IMG/VR virus record: IMGVR_UViG_3300035703_000043
Location: 30,591-94,590 of that record
DNA from: a virus
Taxonomy: Duplodnaviria; Caudoviricetes
DNA: 64,000 bases
Direction: 5' to 3' (one strand)
Below, piece by piece: positions 58,673-64,000 of the stretch (positions within the stretch are counted from its first letter, which is position 1; each line of letters starts with the position of its first letter). Both the position numbers and the translations under genes were made by a program. The notes under the pieces were generated by a model. The model saw only the letters and a list, made by a program, of their open reading frames with translations, was not told where the DNA came from and did not search any database.

Positions 58673-58729
58673 GGCACTTAACTAAGTGTCACTCACCCTT
58701 CCCCAAAAACGAGTGAAGGGTGTTATAAT
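58673..58729 (+). promoter_or_regulatory. Early-promoter-like element: GGCACTT-N4-AAGTGTC inverted repeat plus -10 TATAAT
   Basis: Palindrome about 32 nt upstream of a perfect TATAAT (58724-58729); precedes the small-ORF cluster. Confidence 0.6.
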
Positions 58730-58755
58730 ATAGAGAGACCCACTCATACGTTCTA

Positions 58756-59010
58756 ATGGCACCTAAAAAAGAAAAGGAAGAAACAAAACCAGATTTTCCC
58801 CACGCACAGTTTCCTATTCTTGTTATACATAAAGATGGAAAGGAATTGAAAGACACTAAAAAGTGTTACTTTCAAAATATGAATCACGCAGAGAAATACA
58901 TCTCTAAGTGCAATTTCAAACAAAAAGATTATCAATTATTCATTAAACCAGGAACAAATGTGGAGACTGTGGTGCAAAGCACTGGGAGAAAAAGTAGGAA
59001 AAAACAATAA
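58756..59010 (+). CDS. Hypothetical basic protein
   Basis: First ORF after the promoter; FP...DTKKCYFQ..HAEKYI. Confidence 0.65.
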   Translation: MAPKKEKEETKPDFPHAQFPILVIHKDGKELKDTKKCYFQNMNHAEKYISKCNFKQKDYQLFIKPGTNVETVVQSTGRKSRKKQ

Positions 59011-59164
59011 AGAAGCAGATAAGATTGCACTTATCAGAACAATTCTGTTTGCAACTTATTTGATAACTAACATATTCATATGTGCTGGTGTAATTCGTCA
59101 TTGGAATGACAGCACAGAAATTTATATTCAAGTTGATGGAGTTCAAAGTGGAACAACTTTATGA
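58958..59164 (+). CDS. Hypothetical small membrane protein
   Basis: MWRLWCKALGEK...ADKIALIRT, then a hydrophobic helix and VIRHW. Confidence 0.65.
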   Translation: MWRLWCKALGEKVGKNNKEADKIALIRTILFATYLITNIFICAGVIRHWNDSTEIYIQVDGVQSGTTL

Positions 59165-59357
59165 TGATTGCTTTTATGTTCAAGAAAAAAAATATGGTCT
59201 CTGGTATTCAATAGATAAGGAAGGAAACGGACTTATTACATCGTTAACTAAAGAATCTTGTGTCAGTGCAACAAGACAATATTTAAAGTGGAAGCAAGAA
59301 AACCGCCTAAATGATGTAGGAGTTTCCTACGAGGGCACAGTGGGTGGAAAACTTTAA
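59136..59357 (+). CDS. Hypothetical protein
   Basis: DDCFYVQEKKYGLWYS...YEGTVGGKL; start uncertain (59106 or 59136). Confidence 0.6.
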   Translation: MEFKVEQLYDDCFYVQEKKYGLWYSIDKEGNGLITSLTKESCVSATRQYLKWKQENRLNDVGVSYEGTVGGKL

Positions 59358-59553
59358 ACACGGAGATAAAGTAATCTACATTGGTTGTACACAAGAACAA
59401 ATTAATTGGGGTTCCAATGATGACCCAAGAAAAATATTATTTGAAAATACTGTGTATTACGTAGAAAAAGTAAAAGTTCATTCTCAACATACAAAATTGA
59501 CTTTAAGAGGGATTTGTGGTAATTTTAATAGTGTCTGCTTTAAAAAAATATGA
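59344..59553 (+). CDS. Hypothetical protein
   Basis: GDKVIYIGC..EQINWG..DDP...FNSVCF. Confidence 0.6.
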   Translation: MENFKHGDKVIYIGCTQEQINWGSNDDPRKILFENTVYYVEKVKVHSQHTKLTLRGICGNFNSVCFKKI

Positions 59554-59687
59554 CTAAAAGAACTTATACGCAAAAAGATGGAACAATTTGGGAATGGAAC
59601 GAAACTGCAGAACTTTCTAAGTTCATTAAACAACTACACACAAAAGAGCCAATTCCCCCAGTTAGACCCAACAACACCGTGGTTTGA
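59550..59687 (+). CDS. 45-aa hypothetical protein (not in ORF track)
   Basis: ATGA coupling with the previous stop; MTKRTYTQKDGTIWEWNETAELSKFIKQLH... Confidence 0.5.
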   Translation: MTKRTYTQKDGTIWEWNETAELSKFIKQLHTKEPIPPVRPNNTVV

Positions 59688-59790
59688 ATTTAATAGTTAC
59701 ATTGAGTGTTGTAACAGTTTAGGAAGACCAGTAAGAGTTGGTAGGTTTATAAGATATCAAAATTACCTAAAAGAAATAGGAGTATTATGA
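59578..59790 (+). CDS. Hypothetical protein (start uncertain)
   Basis: DPTTPWFEF.SY.ECCNSLG...RFIRY..YLKE; stop coupled to the next ATG. Confidence 0.5.
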   Translation: MEQFGNGTKLQNFLSSLNNYTQKSQFPQLDPTTPWFEFNSYIECCNSLGRPVRVGRFIRYQNYLKEIGVL

Positions 59791-60014
59791 GTGAGGGTTA
59801 TTGGTTTCATAAAAAATGGGGTCTTAAACAGAATACTCCTATGGATGATGTTTATGAACGTTTAACTCAACTTGAAAATGAAGTCAACAAACTAAAAAAA
59901 GAAAATATAGAATTGACAAATTCGTTGTATGAGGTTGAAAACAGATTACAAGCAAAGATTGACAATATTCATCCAGTAACCTACAATTTAAGTAATTATA
60001 CCCTTGATAAGTAA
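59787..60014 (+). CDS. Coiled-coil hypothetical protein
   Basis: Heptad pattern; coupled ORF. Confidence 0.65.
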   Translation: MSEGYWFHKKWGLKQNTPMDDVYERLTQLENEVNKLKKENIELTNSLYEVENRLQAKIDNIHPVTYNLSNYTLDK

Positions 60015-60214
60015 TGTACGAAAATTTAACACCTTATGAAAAGGCACTTGCTACTTTTGGTGATAGAGCAGCACTGATTGCTGGTCTTGAAATTAGTGAT
60101 AAACTCTCTCCTGAAAACGCATTTCAGGAAATCAAACGAATGTACAAAGAACTCAAAACACTTCGTAAAACTGAAAAAAGAGAGTGGGAAACTGCTGATT
60201 TGAGTGATGTCTGA
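60014..60214 (+). CDS. Hypothetical protein
   Basis: ALATFGDR...GLEI..KLSPE.AFQEIK.MYKELK. Confidence 0.65.
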   Translation: MYENLTPYEKALATFGDRAALIAGLEISDKLSPENAFQEIKRMYKELKTLRKTEKREWETADLSDV

Positions 60215-60368
60215 AGATAGTCTCAAAATATCACAAAATGAAGATGGGTCCTTTTCAATGGATTGGGATCCACAAGACTCAAATTGGAAGTGGTTAAATG
60301 GATTGACTTCCAAAGAGATTCAGGTTATTATGCAAGAAGCAATCAAGGATTTTACTAATGGACTTTGA
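60207..60368 (+). CDS. 53-aa hypothetical protein (not in ORF track)
   Basis: MSEDSLKISQNEDGSFSMDWDPQDSNWKWLNGLTSKEIQVIMQEAIKDFTNGL fills the gap between neighbouring ORFs. Confidence 0.65.
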   Translation: MSEDSLKISQNEDGSFSMDWDPQDSNWKWLNGLTSKEIQVIMQEAIKDFTNGL

Positions 60369-60945
60369 CTACAAGAAGCATTCTCTTGAACAACTTAAAA
60401 ACTGGGTGAGAGATGCTTTGGTTACTGCTGAAGTATCTCCACAAGAAATCTATGATACCATTAAAGGTGTTGTAAATGAAGAGTATCATTACTTCAAGCA
60501 TCATACTGGTCGTTGTTATGATCTTCTTGCTCTTCTAAATGGCAATGGTAAGGGGCATATTCAAGGTTGGGATGAATGGGAAGAAACTTATTATCCCGAA
60601 GAATCTCAAAAGTCTTGTGATAGAAATGATCCATCACCAGAATGTAAAAAGTCTTGGACTTCCTTCTGGGAAGAAACTGATGATGGTATGAAACCTTGTG
60701 GACATAGTGATTTGGAATACCAAGTTGCAAATTCCAAAAAAGATAAAGTAAAAAAGTGGGTTCTTCCTGTTGAAGAAACTAAAATTTCAGAAACTGATGA
60801 AACAGAATACTTTGTATCATTCCCTGATGATTTACTGGAAGCAGCAGACCTAAAAGAAGGTGATAAGGTAGAATGGATTGATAGTGGTGATGGTACTTGG
60901 ATGATTCGCAAAGTTACAAAACCTATTACAATGGAGCAATGTTGA
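60358..60945 (+). CDS. Protein with C-terminal AbrB/MazE-like DNA-binding domain
   Basis: YFVSFPDDLLEAADLKEGDKVEWIDSGDGTWMIRKV. Confidence 0.65.
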   Translation: MDFDYKKHSLEQLKNWVRDALVTAEVSPQEIYDTIKGVVNEEYHYFKHHTGRCYDLLALLNGNGKGHIQGWDEWEETYYPEESQKSCDRNDPSPECKKSWTSFWEETDDGMKPCGHSDLEYQVANSKKDKVKKWVLPVEETKISETDETEYFVSFPDDLLEAADLKEGDKVEWIDSGDGTWMIRKVTKPITMEQC

Positions 60946-61170
60946 ATGGCACTATCACAATCAGTTGAAGAATCTCTCAAAGAAGCAGAAGCATCTCTTA
61001 GGAATGCATTAGCATATGCTGCTCGTCAAGAACGTCCAATGGTTTGCAGTGTCATTGCGGATATGATTTCTCGCATTCAAACTCTACAAAGCACTGATGC
61101 AATTCTTGATAAACTTGAGAATCGTAAACCAGGAGACTCTGGTTTCTTTGGAACTATGTTTGGAGGATAA
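60946..61170 (+). CDS. Hypothetical helical protein
   Basis: LKEAEASLRNALAYAARQERP. Confidence 0.65.
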   Translation: MALSQSVEESLKEAEASLRNALAYAARQERPMVCSVIADMISRIQTLQSTDAILDKLENRKPGDSGFFGTMFGG

Positions 61171-61529
61171 TGACTGAACCTAACGAATTTGGCAAAGCAA
61201 TGCAAGAGTGGTGGGATTCTGATGCTTGTAAAGAACTACAGAAATCACATCAAGAAAGTTTAGAACGAGCAGTAGGAAAGTATCACATGCTTTCCGAAGA
61301 AGATAAACTGGATATGGTAGAGGCAATTACTTATATTATGTGTAAAGCAGAACAAGAAGGTTGTTCTCATCGTGGTCTTATGGATGCTTTGGGTATCTAT
61401 CCCTCTGGGTTTTGGTGCCATTCTCTAATGGATACACATAATGCTTTATGGTCTGAATTTCATAAACGTAAAAATGATGCTGAGTTAGATCGAGAAATCA
61501 AGTTGTTGCAAGACTTTATTGAAACCTAA
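61170..61529 (+). CDS. Hypothetical protein
   Basis: GGAGG RBS; coupled ORF. Confidence 0.65.
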   Translation: MTEPNEFGKAMQEWWDSDACKELQKSHQESLERAVGKYHMLSEEDKLDMVEAITYIMCKAEQEGCSHRGLMDALGIYPSGFWCHSLMDTHNALWSEFHKRKNDAELDREIKLLQDFIET

Positions 61530-61601
61530 AGACATTCTTAAGGAAACTGCATATGTATAGATATTATGTTAGGATATGCTGATAAAACGGGAGAAATGTT
61601 C

Positions 61602-61758
61602 AATGAGTTTAAGTAAAGAAGAATTTAACGAAATGGATGTTTTGCGTAAAGCAATTTCGCAAAATCCAGCATATGTTCATCCAGATAAACAGGAACGATT
61701 TACTGAGCTCTTTGTAAAATCACTTTCATATGTTCATTCTCCTGCATACAATAAATAG
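61602..61758 (+). CDS. Small hypothetical protein (start approximate)
   Basis: MSLSKEEFNEMDVLRKAISQNPAYVHPDKQERFTELFVKSL. Confidence 0.5.
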
Positions 61759-61780
61759 ATATAAGTGTTTTTGTATCTAA

Positions 61781-62587
61781 ATGCTTGACGAAGCAAAGAA
61801 AAGAGAAAAATTGGCAAATGCCTTTCTTGCAGCAACAATGGCAGCATCTGCTGCCCAATCACCAAAAGATTTCGTAAGAACAGGACATATAGAAAGTCCT
61901 GGAACTGCTCTTATGCAAATATGGGCAAAGAAGAGAGGAGAAGCAGAAAGAAATCTTGATAGTGGTAGAGTTGTTGCAAGAAATAAAAAATTGAAAACAT
62001 TTAAAGAGTTTGTAGAAGAATCTTATATTGTTGAAGCACAAAAAACTTTCTCAAGTCGTGCAGAATTAGAAAAGCATCACGGTGGGATTCCTTCTGGATA
62101 TTATCCTAATAATGCAGGAAGCACTGAAAGTCCAAAGTGGAGATTGAAGCCAAAGTCTGGTGGTGTTAAGGAAAGACAAGCAAGAGCAGAAAGAATTACA
62201 AGTTTAAGTTCTCCAGAAGAGAGAGCAGCAGCAGATGCTAAAAAAAGGAAATTAAAAAAAGCAGGTCTTGAAGCTCATCATATTACTCCAACACATTACT
62301 CTGCAAAATTGAAAGCATCTATGACCGATGCTGAGTGGAAAGCAAGAAAGGCAAAAGATGCTGAAAGTGGAATCTATCACGGTCATCATCCCAAAAATGT
62401 AATGGGAGTAACAACAGAAAACACACCAGAAAGTAGTAGAAGAAGAGGAATTGCTCATAGAGCAGGTGGAGCACACGAATTGGAAGGAAAAACAAAAGAT
62501 TTATATTCTACTGCAATCTCTCATAAAGATTTGCTTTCTGCCGCACATAGAAGAAAGTTAAGAAAAGAAAGAGAGACAAATAAATAA
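61781..62587 (+). CDS. Basic protein with internal capsid-targeting-like motif and His-rich (HNH-like) C-terminal part
   Basis: AATAAATA at 61750-61757; internal LKTFKEFVEESYIVE; EAHHITP...HHPKNV. Confidence 0.65.
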   Translation: MLDEAKKREKLANAFLAATMAASAAQSPKDFVRTGHIESPGTALMQIWAKKRGEAERNLDSGRVVARNKKLKTFKEFVEESYIVEAQKTFSSRAELEKHHGGIPSGYYPNNAGSTESPKWRLKPKSGGVKERQARAERITSLSSPEERAAADAKKRKLKKAGLEAHHITPTHYSAKLKASMTDAEWKARKAKDAESGIYHGHHPKNVMGVTTENTPESSRRRGIAHRAGGAHELEGKTKDLYSTAISHKDLLSAAHRRKLRKERETNK

Positions 62588-62604
62588 AAGAAAACCATAA
62601 GCAA

Positions 62605-63018
62605 ATGAAGACCTTCAAAGAGTTCCTGGAAGAAGCATATCTCGTTGAGATGCGTAAAGAAGATAAAGTGAAGGGAAAGAAGAAGACTCCACTTTACTTA
62701 GATAGAACTCATAAGACAATTGACCGTTCTCCTGAAGGTAGGTGGGAAAGAAAAGATATTACAATTAAAAGACCAAATCCTGAAGCACAAATGGGAAGAT
62801 TCAGACAAGGAATGGACCACAGACCTGAGTTTAGTTCTACTGGAGGTGCTGGATATGGTTATAAACGACAACCACACGGTAGTGGTGGAGAACTTCGTGG
62901 TGTGAAGAAAAAAGACCAACCAGCACCAAAATTTCAAGGAAGAACACCAGCACAAAAAGTTGCAGATAAAAGACAAAAAGCAGCATACACTGAATACGAT
63001 TACAAGAAAGGTTATTAG
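62605..63018 (+). CDS. Basic protein with capsid-targeting-like leader (putative internal head protein)
   Basis: MKTFKEFLEEAYLVE; AATAAATA at 62579-62586. Confidence 0.7.
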   Translation: MKTFKEFLEEAYLVEMRKEDKVKGKKKTPLYLDRTHKTIDRSPEGRWERKDITIKRPNPEAQMGRFRQGMDHRPEFSSTGGAGYGYKRQPHGSGGELRGVKKKDQPAPKFQGRTPAQKVADKRQKAAYTEYDYKKGY

Positions 63019-63029
63019 GGATATTCGTG

Positions 63030-63413
63030 ATGAAAACTTTTCAGCAATTTATTGCAGAGGCACAAGAAAAGTCTCACGATGAAGTAATGAAAACTATGAG
63101 TAAAAAGTGGGAAAGAAATAATCCTGGTTCTAATTTTAACGTTCAATTTAGACCTTCGGAAGATGGAAAAAAAGACCACATTTATCTTGGTTTAATTGAT
63201 GTGCAGAAAGGAAAAAGAAGAGCAGGAAAGGGGTCCAGATTTGTTCGTGGAATCACAAGATATGCGGACAAGCATAAATTGCCTGTAAGTGTGAAACCAG
63301 TAGCAGAAAAAGGATATGAAGATAAATTAAAGTCTTTTTATTCTAAACACGGATTTGAAGATAATAAGACTAAAGATATTGCACCCCATCCGATGATACG
63401 CAAACCTAAATAA
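63030..63413 (+). CDS. GNAT acetyltransferase with capsid-targeting-like leader
   Basis: MKTFQQFIAE leader; RRAGKG (R/QxxGxG acetyl-CoA loop); LKSFYSKHGF. Confidence 0.7.
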   Translation: MKTFQQFIAEAQEKSHDEVMKTMSKKWERNNPGSNFNVQFRPSEDGKKDHIYLGLIDVQKGKRRAGKGSRFVRGITRYADKHKLPVSVKPVAEKGYEDKLKSFYSKHGFEDNKTKDIAPHPMIRKPK

Positions 63414-63423
63414 AAATAAAACG

Positions 63424-64000
63424 ATGAAAACCTATCAAGAGTTTATTGAAGAAGCAAAGAAGTGTTGGCCTGGATATAAGAAGAAAGGCACACAAAAACT
63501 CTTTGGAAAGACTTATAATCGTTGTGTGAAAGAAGGTAAAGTAGAGTGGGATAATCCAAAGAGACCACTTCAGTCTGGATTGACTCCAAGAGAAAAGAAC
63601 AGAGCAGTAAGAAAAAGATTAGGTATTGAAAACCCTGATACTGATAAACCATCATTCTTCAAAGATGGTCCTGGTGAAAAGGAATATGAAAGATATGGAA
63701 AATTAAAAGCAGCACACGATGCTGAAAAAGATAAGGATGTCCCTGAAGATGAAAGACATAAGTTTAAGTCAGTAGCAAAAGGTCGTCTTGGTGGTGAGCA
63801 TAGTGCTGGTAGAATAAGAAGAATGGCAGGAGTCCATAAAGGTGCAGAGATAGCTAAAAATGCTGAAAAAGGGAAGGGTAGATATGCTGTAATGTCTCAA
63901 GTTCAAGGTGCAGAAAAAGTAAGAGAAAAACATAAGAAGAGATATGGTGATTATGCTGACTTGAAGAGATTGCAAGAACCAAAAGAAGAATTTGAGTATG
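63424..64000 (+). CDS. Putative internal head protein, truncated by window edge (not in ORF track); paralog of 55315..55758
   Basis: MKTYQEFIEEAKKCWPGYKKKGTQKLFGKTYNRCVKEGKVEWDNPKRPLQSGLTPREKNRA...; CCTAAATA at 63405-63412; frame open to the end. Confidence 0.75.
   Translation, partial: MKTYQEFIEEAKKCWPGYKKKGTQKLFGKTYNRCVKEGKVEWDNPKRPLQSGLTPREKNRAVRKRLGIENPDTDKPSFFKDGPGEKEYERYGKLKAAHDAEKDKDVPEDERHKFKSVAKGRLGGEHSAGRIRRMAGVHKGAEIAKNAEKGKGRYAVMSQVQGAEKVREKHKKRYGDYADLKRLQEPKEEFEY

Overview
AT-rich, almost entirely + strand segment of a T4-like myovirus, most likely a cyanophage (phage CP12, CobS-type AAA+ ATPase with its CobT-like vWA partner, T4-type late promoters with a TAAATA core). 1-5.9 kb: baseplate hub/spike genes with CP12. 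5.9-36.9 kb: a very large fibre region with two paralogous fibre modules, two giant Gly-Thr-Gln/Gly-Leu-Gln collagen-like proteins and a 2527-aa tail-collar fibre. 36.9-52.8 kb: an accessory island of three paralogous 12-repeat Kelch-like propellers interleaved with glycosyltransferases, a sulfotransferase, a methyltransferase and 2OG-Fe(II) oxygenases. 52.9-64 kb: a candidate structured small RNA, cobT-like/cobS, an HNH endonuclease with a hairpin-embedded late promoter, small hypothetical genes, and six proteins carrying a T4 internal-protein-like capsid-targeting leader (MKTF/YxEF), one of them a GNAT acetyltransferase. No tRNA, rRNA, CRISPR array or reverse transcriptase was seen. All product calls come from motifs read by eye; no searches were run.
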